From Thermoanaerobaculaceae bacterium (GTDB lineage Bacteria > Acidobacteriota > Thermoanaerobaculia > Multivoradales > UBA5704): DNA of 64,000 nt. The number at the start of each line of letters is the position of its first letter. Position 1 is the stretch's first letter. This document shows positions 29,156 through 38,905 of this stretch, piece after piece. The position numbers and the translations under genes are program-made. Under the pieces are notes generated by a model. That model made no database searches and had not been told where the DNA came from. It worked only from the letters and a program-made list of their open reading frames with translations. The stretch is taken from contig CAVZUZ010000012.1 in NCBI GenBank assembly GCA_963778565.1, forward strand, positions 304,578 to 368,577. Direction: 5' to 3'.

Positions 29156-29250
29156 CCCGGCGCTTCCGCACCGGGCTACCGAAACGTCGCTTCTCTGAAG
29201 CGAATCGCCCTCTGGGCGACGTCTCGCTAGCCCGCTGCGGAAGCGCCGGG
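29156..29250. repeat. 95-nt imperfect palindrome / long hairpin between rnhA and smpB
   Basis: cccggcgcttccgca (29156-29170) pairs perfectly with tgcggaagcgccggg (29236-29250). Inner arms 29171-29190 / 29216-29234 pair with 2 mismatches. Confidence 0.7.
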
Positions 29251-29279
29251 CCTGCTCCGCGCCGCGATACACTCCCCCC

Positions 29280-29753
29280 ATGGCCGCCAAAGCCAAGGAC
29301 GCCCCGCGTCCCCTCGCCAGCAACAAGCGGGCGCGGCACGACTACCACATCCTGGAGACGTTCGAGGCCGGAATTCAGTTGGCCGGCACCGAGGTGAAAT
29401 CGGTGCGCGAGGGGCGGGTGCAGCTCAAGGACAGCTACATCGAGCTCAAGGACGGCCAGGCGTACCTGGTGGGCGCCCATATCAGCCCTTACAGCCATGG
29501 CAACCGCGAAAACCGCGATCCCGAGCGGCTCCGCAAGCTGCTGCTCAAGAAGCGGGAGATCGGCCGCCTGTTCGGCCGCGCGCAGTTGAAGGGGCTGACG
29601 GTCGTCCCCCTCGCCGTCTACCTCAAAGGCAACTGGATCAAGGTGGAGATCGCCCTGGTGCAGGGCAAGAAGCTCTACGACAAGCGGGAAACCGAGAAGA
29701 CGCGCGAGCTCGACCGCGAAATGGAAGCCGCGATCAAAGGCGGCGGGTACTGA
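29280..29753 (+). CDS. smpB: SsrA-binding protein
   Basis: NKRARHDYHILETFEAGIQLAGTEVKS.R.G...L.DSY, LLLKKREI, LVPL..Y.K....K.E.AL..GKK.YDKR. Confidence 0.93.
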   Translation: MAAKAKDAPRPLASNKRARHDYHILETFEAGIQLAGTEVKSVREGRVQLKDSYIELKDGQAYLVGAHISPYSHGNRENRDPERLRKLLLKKREIGRLFGRAQLKGLTVVPLAVYLKGNWIKVEIALVQGKKLYDKRETEKTRELDREMEAAIKGGGY

Positions 29754-29760
29754 TCGGGTA

Positions 29761-30237
29761 TTACTCCGTTCCCACTTCCTGCCTTCGCCGCCGGCCGCCG
29801 GTGTCCTGGATGCGCTCCAGGGCCGTCTGGCCGCCGTATTTCGCCACGATGCGATCGTCGTAATCATCCGCCACGGTGGCCACCGCCGTGATCGCCCGCA
29901 GCAGGTCGCGCGCATCGAGGCTGCGGCCGAACAGCGAATGAGCGAAAAAGATGTCGTTGCCGACCACCGAGAAGTGGCCGCAGGCCATCTGATGGTTCAG
30001 CTCCAGGAGCCCGGCCAGCAGCTCCTCCTCCAGCTCCACGTCCTGCACGCAGTAAGACATGATGACGACGGCGGTCTCCTCCGGGCCGTAGGGCTCCACG
30101 GAGAGCTCCAGCACGGTCGTGCCGTAGCGCACATAGAAGTGATCGTTTTCCGGATCGTGATAAGGATCTTCGAACAGCTCGCCGAGGTACTCTTTGAGCT
30201 TGTCGAAGGTCTCCTGGTGGACCGGACTCTCGAACAT
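29761..30237 (-). CDS. YbjN-domain (putative chaperone-like) protein
   Basis: Acidic 158-aa protein. F.V.YG...L...V.PYG....V.I.S.....VE....L...LL.LN pattern recalled for the YbjN family. Confidence 0.55.
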   Translation of the reverse strand: MFESPVHQETFDKLKEYLGELFEDPYHDPENDHFYVRYGTTVLELSVEPYGPEETAVVIMSYCVQDVELEEELLAGLLELNHQMACGHFSVVGNDIFFAHSLFGRSLDARDLLRAITAVATVADDYDDRIVAKYGGQTALERIQDTGGRRRRQEVGTE

Positions 30238-30293
30238 GTCCTCACCTCCAAATCTCCCCTACTCTAGCAGCAACTCCCCGCCCCCGCGGGGCG

Positions 30294-30322
30294 TTGACAC
30301 CCTAGGGCGTTGGGACTAACGT
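30294..30322 (+). promoter_or_regulatory. Putative sigma-70-type promoter for the FadL-like gene
   Basis: TTGACA (30294-30299), 17-nt spacer, TAACGT (30317-30322), ~105 nt upstream of ATG 30429. Confidence 0.3.
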
Positions 30323-30428
30323 TGGGGCGAGCCGCGAAAGACCTTCCGAGACCGCTTTGCCGCTACTTTGGGGTTGGCTCGGAGAAAAAAGTCCGCGGGT
30401 CAGCCATTCTCAAGACAGGAGGAGATCC

Positions 30429-31739
30429 ATGCAGAGGCTGGGCAGTGCCGTGCGGGGGGCTCTGATGTTCGCCGCCCTTGTCGCTTTGGCCGCGGGACCG
30501 ATCCACGCGGCCGGTTTCAGCATCTTCGAACAGGGTACCAAGGCCATGGGCATGGCCGGCGCCTTCACCGCCCAGGCCGACGATCCGTCGGCTCTGTTCC
30601 ACAATGCCGGCGGCCTCGCGTTCGTTACCGAGCGGCAGTTCGCCGCCGGCTTCACGTGGATCCACGGCACCAAGGCGGAATTCGAAGGCGCGGCCCCGTT
30701 CCCGGGCCCGAACTATTCGGCCGAGCAGGAGAAGCTCTCCGAGTTCCCGCCCCACGCGTACTACGTACAGCCGATCAGCGACACCTGGAAGTTCGGCCTC
30801 GGCATCGAGACGCCGTTCGGCCTCGTCACCGAGTGGAAGGACCCCGACCAGTTCGCCGGCCGCTTCATCAGCACCAAGGCCTCCTTGAAGGTCGTCGACC
30901 TCAATCCCACGCTCGGCTGGCTGATCACCCCCAACTTCGGTGTCGGCGTCGGTGCCGTCGGCCGTTTCTCCCAGGTCGAGCTGAACCGCAACGTACCGTT
31001 CAACAACCCCTTCACCCAGCAGATCATCGACATCGGCCACCTGGAGCTGAAAAGCGACTTCGACACCGGCATCGGTTGGAACGCCGGCATCCTGCACAAG
31101 TTCAACAACAGCTTCTCCTGGGGCCTCTCCTACCGCAGCAAGGTGAAGGTCGAGTACCAGGGCGACGCGCGGGTCAACCGGATTCCCACCGGCAATCCGC
31201 AGCTCGACCTCATCCTCGGCAGCCAGGTTCCTTTCGACCGCGATCTGCCGGTGGAGACCGAGATCGAGTTCCCCGACGAGGCGAGCCTCGGCCTCGCCTT
31301 CGCGCTCACCCGGAACCTGCTGCTGGAGACCGACTTCAACTGGACGGGCTGGAGCAGCTTCGACACGGTGCCGATCACCTTCACCGGCGGCACCGGCAAC
31401 CGCCTGCCGAACCAGGAGCTGCCGGAGCATTGGGACGACGTCAACAACTACCGCGCGGGCCTGCGCTGGACGACGGGCCCGGCCTCGGAGTGGCGCTTCG
31501 GCTACGTCTTCGACGAGACGCCGCAGCCCGAGGAGGGCGTGTCTCCCTTGCTGCCCGACGCCGACCGCAACGGCTTTACCATCGGCTACGGCCACAAGGG
31601 AGCCATCGGCTTCGACGTCGCCCTCATGTACCTCGATTTCGCAGAGCGCAGCCGCAACCGCAGCTTCCCCAGCGAGGGACCCTTCTTCGGCACCTACAAC
31701 ACCCAGGCCGTGCTGGTCGGACTGACCCTCAACTTCTAA
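30429..31739 (+). CDS. Outer-membrane transport protein, FadL/TodX (OMPP1) family
   Basis: Signal peptide ...LAAGPIHAAGFSIFEQGTKAMGMAGAFTAQADDPSALFHNAGGLAF, C-terminal ...VLVGLTLNF. AGGAGG before the ATG. Confidence 0.85.
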   Translation: MQRLGSAVRGALMFAALVALAAGPIHAAGFSIFEQGTKAMGMAGAFTAQADDPSALFHNAGGLAFVTERQFAAGFTWIHGTKAEFEGAAPFPGPNYSAEQEKLSEFPPHAYYVQPISDTWKFGLGIETPFGLVTEWKDPDQFAGRFISTKASLKVVDLNPTLGWLITPNFGVGVGAVGRFSQVELNRNVPFNNPFTQQIIDIGHLELKSDFDTGIGWNAGILHKFNNSFSWGLSYRSKVKVEYQGDARVNRIPTGNPQLDLILGSQVPFDRDLPVETEIEFPDEASLGLAFALTRNLLLETDFNWTGWSSFDTVPITFTGGTGNRLPNQELPEHWDDVNNYRAGLRWTTGPASEWRFGYVFDETPQPEEGVSPLLPDADRNGFTIGYGHKGAIGFDVALMYLDFAERSRNRSFPSEGPFFGTYNTQAVLVGLTLNF

Positions 31740-31767
31740 CCCGAGACCGATCCAAGGAGACACGACG

Positions 31768-33124
31768 ATGCATCGTCTCAAGATCCCGGCGGGCGCCCTG
31801 ACGCTCGCCCTGCTCTTCACGGCCGGCGCGGTCTTCGCCCAGGTGGACACCGGCACGGCCAACTTCACCCGTTACGTGGCCCTCGGCGACAGCCTGACGG
31901 CCGGCTTCGCGAGCGGCAGCATCAATCGCCGCTTCCAGGAAAAGAGCTACCCGGCCCTCATCTTCCAGCAGGCCACCGGTCGCACCTCGGGATTCGAGCA
32001 GCCGCTGGTCAGCGAGCCGGGTCTGCCGGGCATCCTGCGCTTGAACAGCCTGCTTCCCGCGACCTCGATCGGTCCTACCCCGGGCCAGGGAAATCCGGTC
32101 AACCTCACGCTGGCGCGGCCCTATGACAACCTCGGAGTACCGGGCGCCCGGCTGCACGACCTGCTGGCCAAGACGCAATCGACCAGCGCCACGGACCCGA
32201 CGGACCTCATCCTGCGGCGCCTGGGCGCCACCCAGCTCCAGCAAGGCCTGTCGCTGCAGCCGACCTTCGTCACCCTGTGGATCGGCAACAACGACGCGCT
32301 GGCGGCCGCCACGTCAGGCCTGGTGATCGAGGGCGTGACGCTCACTCCGGCCGCCCAGTTCGACACCGAGTACCGCCAGGTGGCCGCCGCCATCGCCTCG
32401 ACCGGCGCCAGGATGGCGGTCGCCAACATTCCCGACGTCACCAGCATTCCCTTCGTCACCGCGATTTCGCGGTTTTTCACGCTGCCCACCGGCCAGACCG
32501 TCACGCTGATCGGCCCGAACGGACCGCTGCAGGCGGGTGACTTCGTGCTGCTCACCGCCAGCGCCGAGCTCGCCCAGGGCCGCGGCATTCCCGGCACCGG
32601 TCAACCGGCGCTGTCCGACTCGGTGGTGCTCTCGGCGAGCGAGGTCGCCACCATCCAGGCCCGGGTCAACGCCTACAACGCGACGATCAGCGCCGTGGCC
32701 AACGAGCGGGGCGCCGCCTTGATGGACATGAACGCCGAGCTTCCGGCGGCTCGCCACTACGGGCGTTTCCGTCGGCGGCATCACCTATACCAGCGCCTTC
32801 CTGACCGGCGGGATCTTCTCCTATGACGGGGTGCACCCCAACGCCTTCGGCTACGCCTACGTCGCCAACCTCTTCATCGACGCGATCAACGCGAAGTTCG
32901 AGGCCGACATCGAGCCGGTGGATCTCTATCCCTTCGTCTTCGGCACCAGCGCGGCCAGCGCGGCGGCCGTCGCCTCGGGCAAGGCGGCGGGCGACTACAC
33001 GGGATTCGTCTTCACCCGCGAGGCCCGGCGCAACCTGCTGCTGTCGCTCGGCGTTCCCAAGTGGATCGTCGACGGCAAGCCGGCTCCCAAGCCCCACCGT
33101 CCGCGGCGCGGCGGCAAGGGCTGA
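31768..33124 (+). pseudogene. Secreted SGNH/GDSL hydrolase with a +1 frameshift near 32742
   Basis: Block I YVALGDSLTAGF and WIGNNDAL are in ORF 31768..32826. The catalytic FSYDGVHPN block is in the next frame (ORF 32831..33124). Removing one c in cttccgg restores MNAELRRLATTGVSVGG. Confidence 0.75.
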
Positions 33125-33347
33125 GACGGCGCACTCTTGGCAGGGGCGGCCCGGTGGCCGCCCCCCTCTCCCTCCTCGCCCTCCCCTTCCTCGCCTTTTG
33201 TCACGAAATTTGATTCCCAAGCACCTTGACTTGGATCTATACTATGCTTTGGTCTCATTCCTTTCTCTTGTTGGAGTTTTGTCTTAAAACCGCAGGTTTG
33301 GACCTCCCGGAGGAGAGGACGGAGGCGCGTTTCTTGTCGGAGGTCCT

Positions 33348-34547
33348 ATGCGCGCGTGTACGGAAAAGAAGTACTCCGGCGAGCCTCTGGCGTGGCTCGC
33401 CGCGGCGGTCTGGCTTTGGGCGGGCCAGCTCGCCTGGGCTCAGGATCCCGCCGCTACGCCGGTCCCGGGCGAGGGGGAAGCCTCCCTGGGCGTGCAGACG
33501 GGAGAGAAGATTCCGCCGCAGCGGATCCAGGAGATCTATCGCAAGATCCTGGTCGCTTGGTCGGCGGGCGAAACGGAGCGGGCGCCGGACGAGCTGATCG
33601 AGCTCGAGACGGCCGTTCTGGTGGACGGGGAATCCGGAACCCGGAAGACCCTCCTCAAGGCGGAGCAGGCGGTCATCCATCAGGCGGGGGCCACGGACCT
33701 CGAGGCCCTCGTGCCCATCGCCGTGCTCCACCACGAGGCCTACCAGCGGCTGATCCAGCGGGGCGGACGCGGCCAGGCGACGGCGATGTCCCACAGCCGT
33801 ACCATGGCGAAGGAGCTGGCCGTCATCTACCGCGAGCAGTCGGGCTCCGAGGGCGCCTCGATGGTGGCCAGCCGCCTGCTGACCAGCCTCGGCGGCCTGC
33901 TGCTGCAATCCGCCCAGCAGCTCCCGGCGGCAGCGATGTTCCAGCAGGCCGTCGACTTCGACGGCCGCAACACCGCCGCCCTCCTCGGGCTGGCCGCGAT
34001 CTACGAGAAGAACGCCCAGCCGGAGAGCGCCGTGAAGCTGGCGCGCCGCGCCCTGGAAACCGAGCCGGGCAATGCCGAGGGACGGCTGCGCCTGGCGCTC
34101 AACCTCAAGCGGCTGAACCAGATGGACGAGGCCCGCAAGCTCCTCGAAGAGCTGACGGCCGCCGGCGATCCCTACTGGCTCACGCCGCTCGCCTATCAGG
34201 AGCTGGCCCGGCTGCACAGCCAGGAGGGGCGGCCTGCCGAGGCGGAGGAGGTTCTGCATCGGGCCCTCGAGCGCTTCCCCGAAGACGCGCGGCTGACGGT
34301 TCAGCTCGCCGCCGTGCTGGATCGGAAGGGAGCCGCCAGGGAGGCCACCGGGCTGGTGGAAAAGGCCCTCGCCTCCTCGTCTTCCCGCGAGGCCAATTCC
34401 GCCCGCTACCTCTACAACACGGTCCGCGCCGAGGCCTTCGCCGCGGCGCGGACGTTCCTGGCCGAGAACTCGCGGGCCCGCCTGCCGGTGTTGGCCACGG
34501 CTTTGAGCGCGCCGGTCGAGGGCTCGGGAACGGGGGTGGGACGATGA
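33348..34547 (+). CDS. Secreted TPR-repeat protein
   Basis: N-terminal signal-like WLAAAVWLWAGQLAWAQ. TPR-like helices (ALLGLAAIYEKNAQPESAVKLARRALETEPGNAEGRLRLALNL...). Confidence 0.7.
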   Translation: MRACTEKKYSGEPLAWLAAAVWLWAGQLAWAQDPAATPVPGEGEASLGVQTGEKIPPQRIQEIYRKILVAWSAGETERAPDELIELETAVLVDGESGTRKTLLKAEQAVIHQAGATDLEALVPIAVLHHEAYQRLIQRGGRGQATAMSHSRTMAKELAVIYREQSGSEGASMVASRLLTSLGGLLLQSAQQLPAAAMFQQAVDFDGRNTAALLGLAAIYEKNAQPESAVKLARRALETEPGNAEGRLRLALNLKRLNQMDEARKLLEELTAAGDPYWLTPLAYQELARLHSQEGRPAEAEEVLHRALERFPEDARLTVQLAAVLDRKGAAREATGLVEKALASSSSREANSARYLYNTVRAEAFAAARTFLAENSRARLPVLATALSAPVEGSGTGVGR

Positions 34548-35707
34548 TGCGGCGCGCGACGCTTCTCGCCGGTTCTTTCAGCCTCCTGCTCGCCGGTGCC
34601 GCGGGCGCTCAGGTTGCGGTCCGCTTCCTGAGCCCGGCGGCGGACCAGCCGGTCTTCGGACCCACGGAAATCAAGGTCGGAGTCCAGGCCCGCGAGCCGA
34701 TCGACCGCGTGGAGGTCTTCGTCAACGGCAAGCTGATGGGCTCCGCGAAGACGCCGCCCTTCCGCATCAACGTCGACGTCGGCGACGACAACATCCGGCG
34801 CGAGTTCCGGGCCGTCGCCTACACCGCCTCCGGCGCCTCCGGCTCCGACTCTCTGGTGACGGCGCCGGTGGCGATCATGGACACGTTGGACCTCAAGCTG
34901 CGTGCCTTGTTCGTCAACGTCATGCGCGACGGCGCGCGCGCCCTCGACCTCACCCAGGCGGACTTCCAGATCTCCGACAACGGCACGCCGCAGGAGATCG
35001 TGACCTTCGGCCGCGACGAGCTGCCGCTGACCGCCGTGCTCCTCCTCGACACCAGCGAGAGCATGCGGGAGAGGGACCTGGAGGCCGTCCGCCGCGGAGC
35101 CCAGGCGTTCCTCGACGGCATGAAGGCGGAGGACGAGGCGATGCTCGCCCTGTTCTCCGACCGGCTGCTGCGGCTGACGCCCTTCACCTCCGACAAAGCC
35201 ACCTTGGCAACCTCCCTCACGGGCGTCCGGTCCGCCGGCGGCACGGCGGTCAACGACTTCCTCTATCTGTCGCTCAAGGCCCTGGACTCCCGCCAGGGGC
35301 AGCGGGTCGTCGTGCTCTTCTCCGACGGCTCGGACGTGCACAGCGTCCTGCCCGCCTCGGACATCCTCTGGAAGGCGCGCGTCGGCCAGTCGCTGATCTA
35401 CTGGATCCAGCTCGGCGGCAAGCACAAGTCGTTCACCTCCTCCTGGCGCGACTACGAGGCCAACGACCGCGAATACGCGAACCTGGAGGAGGCGGTGCAG
35501 ACGAGCGGCGGCCGCATCCTGCCGATCGAGCGCCCCGAGGAGCTCGAATCCGCCTTCCGCGACATCCTCCAGGAGCTGCGCCAGCAGTACGCGCTGGGCT
35601 ACTACCCGAGCAACTCCAAGGGCGACGGGAAATGGCACAGGGTCGACGTGCGCGTGCGCGGCCTCGGCGAACGGGTACGGCATCGCGAGGGGTATACGGA
35701 TTATTAG
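34544..35707 (+). CDS. VWA-domain protein (acidobacterial VWFA-related type)
   Basis: Signal peptide, then LLLDTSESM (MIDAS DxSxS), GGTAVNDFLY, VVVLFSDGSDV, C-terminal YYP.....DGKWHRV.V. ATG overlaps the TPR gene stop. Confidence 0.8.
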   Translation: MMRRATLLAGSFSLLLAGAAGAQVAVRFLSPAADQPVFGPTEIKVGVQAREPIDRVEVFVNGKLMGSAKTPPFRINVDVGDDNIRREFRAVAYTASGASGSDSLVTAPVAIMDTLDLKLRALFVNVMRDGARALDLTQADFQISDNGTPQEIVTFGRDELPLTAVLLLDTSESMRERDLEAVRRGAQAFLDGMKAEDEAMLALFSDRLLRLTPFTSDKATLATSLTGVRSAGGTAVNDFLYLSLKALDSRQGQRVVVLFSDGSDVHSVLPASDILWKARVGQSLIYWIQLGGKHKSFTSSWRDYEANDREYANLEEAVQTSGGRILPIERPEELESAFRDILQELRQQYALGYYPSNSKGDGKWHRVDVRVRGLGERVRHREGYTDY

Positions 35708-35749
35708 GAGCCCGCGGCCAGTCTGTTTCGGCGTCGTTGCCCGCGCCAC

Positions 35750-35836
35750 CTCACCCCCTGGCCCCCTCTCCTAAAGGAGAGGGGGAATGGAGACAAGCCT
35801 GAGCCCCTCTCCTTTAGGAGAGGGGTTGGGGTGAGG
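35750..35836. repeat. Family A repeat, short copy A3
   Basis: cctcaccccctggccccctctcctaaaggagagggg ... cccctctcctttaggagaggggttggggtgagg. Confidence 0.85.
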
Positions 35837-35968
35837 TCGCGCGGGCAAATGTCTTCTGATCCCGGTTTTTCTCAACTCCCCCTTGACCCTCACGTAACGT
35901 GAGGCTTTATCGTCTCTCCGTGGGCCACCGTTTGGATCCTCATAAAGGTGGCGGAAAGGAGGAGAGAC

Positions 35969-36712
35969 ATGCGGCCACCGCCCTGGAAGGTAGGCGAGCT
36001 GGCCAGACGGACCGGGGTGTCCGTGCGGACGCTCCATCACTACGACGAAATCGGCCTGCTCTCGCCGTCGCAGCGCACGGCAGCGGGCTTCCGCGTTTAC
36101 ACCGGAGCCGACGTGATCCGCCTGCAGCAGATCAAGTCGCTCCGCAACCTGGGATTCACCTTGGAGGAGGTCCGGCGGTTCCTGAGCCGGCCCGACGTCT
36201 CCCCCGAGCGCGTGCTCCAGCTCCAGATCGCTCACCTGACCGAGCAGATCGAGCTGCGGCAGCGGCTCCGCGAGCGTCTGGAGGCGATCGCCACGCGCTG
36301 GCGGTCGGAGGAGACGGTCTCCACCGAGGAGTTCCTGCAAGTCATCGAGGTGACGAACATGTTGGACAAGTACTACACCCCGGAGCAGATGGAAGAGCTG
36401 AAGCAGCGGCGGGAGGCGGTCGGCGACGAACGGATCCGCCAGGTCGAGGGCGAATGGAAGGAGCTCATGGAGCAGGTCCAGGCCGAGATGGACAAGGGCA
36501 CGGACCCGGCGGATGAGCGGGTGCAGCTGCTCGCCCGTCGCTGGTCGGGCCTGGTTCGCGAGTTCACCGCCGGCAACCCCGGCATCGGAAAGGCCGTCGG
36601 GCGCATGTGGCAAGAGGAGACGGCCATCGCCGGCATCGACACCGCGAACATGCGCAAGATGATGGAGTACATCGGCAGGGCGCAGGTGGCGGGGAAGGGT
36701 GGCGAGACCTGA
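35969..36712 (+). CDS. MerR-family transcriptional regulator with TipAS-like C-terminal domain
   Basis: WKVGELARRTGVSVRTLHHYDEIGLL.PS.RT..G.R.Y. AAGGAGGAG before ATG 35969. Confidence 0.88.
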   Translation: MRPPPWKVGELARRTGVSVRTLHHYDEIGLLSPSQRTAAGFRVYTGADVIRLQQIKSLRNLGFTLEEVRRFLSRPDVSPERVLQLQIAHLTEQIELRQRLRERLEAIATRWRSEETVSTEEFLQVIEVTNMLDKYYTPEQMEELKQRREAVGDERIRQVEGEWKELMEQVQAEMDKGTDPADERVQLLARRWSGLVREFTAGNPGIGKAVGRMWQEETAIAGIDTANMRKMMEYIGRAQVAGKGGET

Positions 36713-36730
36713 CCGGTTTGCCCGCGGAAG

Positions 36731-36842
36731 CCCTCACTCCCCTGACCCCTCTCTCCCTGAGGGAGAGAGGGGAAAGGAAGCACCTTCTTGCTGTCTTTCT
36801 CCCTCCTCTCCCTCTGGGAGAGGAGGGCTGGGGAGGTGAGGG
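36731..36842. repeat. Family A repeat, copy A4
   Basis: ccctcactcccctgacccctctccctgagggagagagggg ... cctcctctccctctgggagaggagggctggggaggtgaggg. Nearly identical right half to A2. Confidence 0.85.
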
Positions 36843-36862
36843 CTCCGGCGGTCAATCCTTCA

Positions 36863-37231
36863 TCAGTCTTGGATCAGCTCCCGCTCTCCACCCGGATACA
36901 CGAACGAGTCGCGCGGCGCGAACCAGCAGGACGCGGGCACGCTCTCCAGCGGGCTCGCCGGCCGCAGCGCCCAGACCGGATGGTCCGGCGCCAGGAACTC
37001 CACCGCCTCGAGGGCGTAGTCGTCCACGATCTCGCCGATGTAGGCGTAGTTGCCGGCCATCAGCTTCCGTCCCAGGCGGGTGACGTAGGTCAGATGGCCG
37101 CGGGCCACGGCGGCGATCTTCTTGCCCACCCGGGCCCGGGTGCGGATGATCGGCTGCCCGTCCACGAACGTCGTGGCGACCAGCCGATGTCCCTTCACCT
37201 CCACCGTGGTCGATCCTGGCGAGGCCGGCAC
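36863..37231 (-). CDS. Hypothetical protein (possibly an N-terminally truncated fragment)
   Basis: 122-codon ORF with normal composition. No motif recognised with confidence. Confidence 0.4.
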   Translation of the reverse strand: MPASPGSTTVEVKGHRLVATTFVDGQPIIRTRARVGKKIAAVARGHLTYVTRLGRKLMAGNYAYIGEIVDDYALEAVEFLAPDHPVWALRPASPLESVPASCWFAPRDSFVYPGGERELIQD

Positions 37232-37294
37232 GCCCCGGAGGGCATACCGCCGAAAAATCCTCCAGACCCTCTGGCAAACGCGGACCCGCCGGCC

Positions 37295-38065
37295 CTACAC
37301 CAGCTCCGACTTGCGTGCCCGGCGTAGCACCTCGGCGCCCAGCCGGCCGTAGGCGAAGGCGCCGGTGGACCAGCTCTCGAAGTCGAAGATGGGCAGGCCG
37401 CGGCCCGGCGCTTCGGCCAGGCGGACGTTGATCGGGATCTCGGTGCGGAAGACCCTCTGCCCGTACTCGCGGCGGATGGCGGCGACCACGTCGTCCGTCA
37501 CCTGGGTGCGGTGGTCGACCATGGTGAGGAGGATGCCCAGGAGCTCCGTCTTGCGGCCGATGCGGTCGCGCGACGCCTCGACGAGCTCGAGAAAGCCTCC
37601 GAGCGCCTCCGCGTCCAGATGGTGCGGGGCGACCGGGACGATGAACGCCTCGGCGGCCGCCAGGGCGTTCAGGGTGAGGATGGACAGCCCGGGCGGGCTG
37701 TCCATCACCACGACGTCGAAGCGGCGCAGAGGGGCGAGCGCCCGCTTGAGCAGCTTCTCGGGATCCTGTTTGCGCACGAGGGAGATCTGGGCGCCGGCGA
37801 GACGCAGCGAGCCCGGTATGAGTTGGAGGCCGGGCACCGCCGTTTCGGCGATCGCCTCGCCGCTCTCGATCTTGCCGCTCAACACCTCCGCCGAAGAGGC
37901 CTCCGCCTGGTCCCGGCCCACTCCCAGCGAGAAGCTCGCCGAAGCCTGGGGATCGAGGTCGATCAGCAGCGTGGAGAGCCCGCTCCGTGCGAACGCAGCA
38001 GCGAGATTGACAGCCGTCGTCGTCTTGCCGACGCCGCCCTTGAGGTTGGCCAGGGCCAGTCTCAT
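37295..38065 (-). CDS. ParA/Soj-family ATPase (orphan, no parB seen)
   Basis: MRLALANLKGGVGKTTTAVNLA (deviant Walker A), LLIDLDPQ, VVVMDSPPG. ATG 38065 with AGGAAAGGAG upstream. Confidence 0.88.
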   Translation of the reverse strand: MRLALANLKGGVGKTTTAVNLAAAFARSGLSTLLIDLDPQASASFSLGVGRDQAEASSAEVLSGKIESGEAIAETAVPGLQLIPGSLRLAGAQISLVRKQDPEKLLKRALAPLRRFDVVVMDSPPGLSILTLNALAAAEAFIVPVAPHHLDAEALGGFLELVEASRDRIGRKTELLGILLTMVDHRTQVTDDVVAAIRREYGQRVFRTEIPINVRLAEAPGRGLPIFDFESWSTGAFAYGRLGAEVLRRARKSELV

Positions 38066-38229
38066 GCTTTTCTCCTTTCCTCGACAGGCTCGTCCCTTGC
38101 GATGGAGAAAATCACCCTTCTCCAGGCGTAATTGTATCCTCGCGGCCGTTTCGCAGCCTTCCGGGCAGGTCAAGGCCCCGGACGTAGGCTATAGTTGACA
38201 ACTCTTCTTGCCGAGTACGGAGGGTCTCA

Positions 38230-38772
38230 ATGCTCTCGCGACGCCCCGTCCTGATGTCTGTGGCGGCCCTCGTTCTGGGGCTGACGGCGTTCTCGGGCAG
38301 GCCGCTGGCCGCCCGCGTGTACGCCATTGAAGGAGCGCCGCTGGTCCCTCTCCGCAACGGCGCGCCGGTGACGATCGTGATGCACGTGCCGTTCGACATG
38401 CGCGGCGTCCTGCGCAAGCTGCCCGGCAATCCGGACGAGGGACCGGTGGTCCGCCTCGCCATCGAGCGCGTCAAGGCGCCCGGCGGGGCCACCATCCGCG
38501 TCTTCGTCAACCTTCCCGGCGCCACCGCCGAGACGCCGATCAACGATTTCCACTACGTCGGCAGCATGACCTCCTTCGAGGACCCTCCTCCTGACTCACC
38601 CGGCGACGACTTCCTGCTCGACGCGGGCCGCGCCATCAAGCGGCTGAAAAAGGGCGACCGGCTGCTGCTTGGCGACAACGTGTCGGTGACGATGGTCTTG
38701 GAGCCGGGGACCGCCGGCGCGGACGCCGCCATCTCCATCGAGCGCGTGGCGCTGTCGGTCGAGACACGGTAG
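38230..38772 (+). CDS. Exported hypothetical protein (possible Tat signal)
   Basis: MLSRRPVLMSVAALVLGLTAFSG signal-like N-terminus with RR. The rest is unassigned. Confidence 0.5.
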   Translation: MLSRRPVLMSVAALVLGLTAFSGRPLAARVYAIEGAPLVPLRNGAPVTIVMHVPFDMRGVLRKLPGNPDEGPVVRLAIERVKAPGGATIRVFVNLPGATAETPINDFHYVGSMTSFEDPPPDSPGDDFLLDAGRAIKRLKKGDRLLLGDNVSVTMVLEPGTAGADAAISIERVALSVETR

Positions 38773-38788
38773 GGAGCCCTGCGGGAAT

Positions 38789-38876
38789 CAAGGACAACAA
38801 GGACAACAAGGACTTCAAGGACGAGGAACTTGTCATTCACCCCGCGTCCCTGGCGTCCTTGGCGTCCTTTTCGTCC
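38789..38876. repeat. Family B repeat, copy B2 (opposite orientation to B1/B4)
   Basis: caaggacaacaaggacaacaaggacttcaaggacgaggaacttgtcattcaccccgcgtccctggcgtccttggcgtccttttcgtcc. Confidence 0.85.
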
Positions 38877-38905
38877 GTGATTCCCTATTGAATCGAGGAC
38901 CCTCC

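Noticed and set aside
29156-29250. Possible tmRNA (ssrA) next to smpB.
   Set aside because: There is no tRNA-like acceptor/T-arm, no resume codon or tag ORF, and it is far too short. It is a plain long hairpin.
27357-29915. The 852-codon minus-strand ORF spanning the rnhA and smpB region.
   Set aside because: Only the last ~255 codons (27357-28124) look like a real SRPBCC protein with an RBS. The remainder is antisense to well-supported rnhA and smpB and has degenerate composition.
33190-33347. AT-rich intergenic region with TTGATT/TTGACT and TATACT/TATGCT hexamers as a promoter for the TPR-VWA pair.
   Set aside because: No hexamer pair has a 16-18 nt spacer. It is probably a promoter region, but no specific site can be supported.
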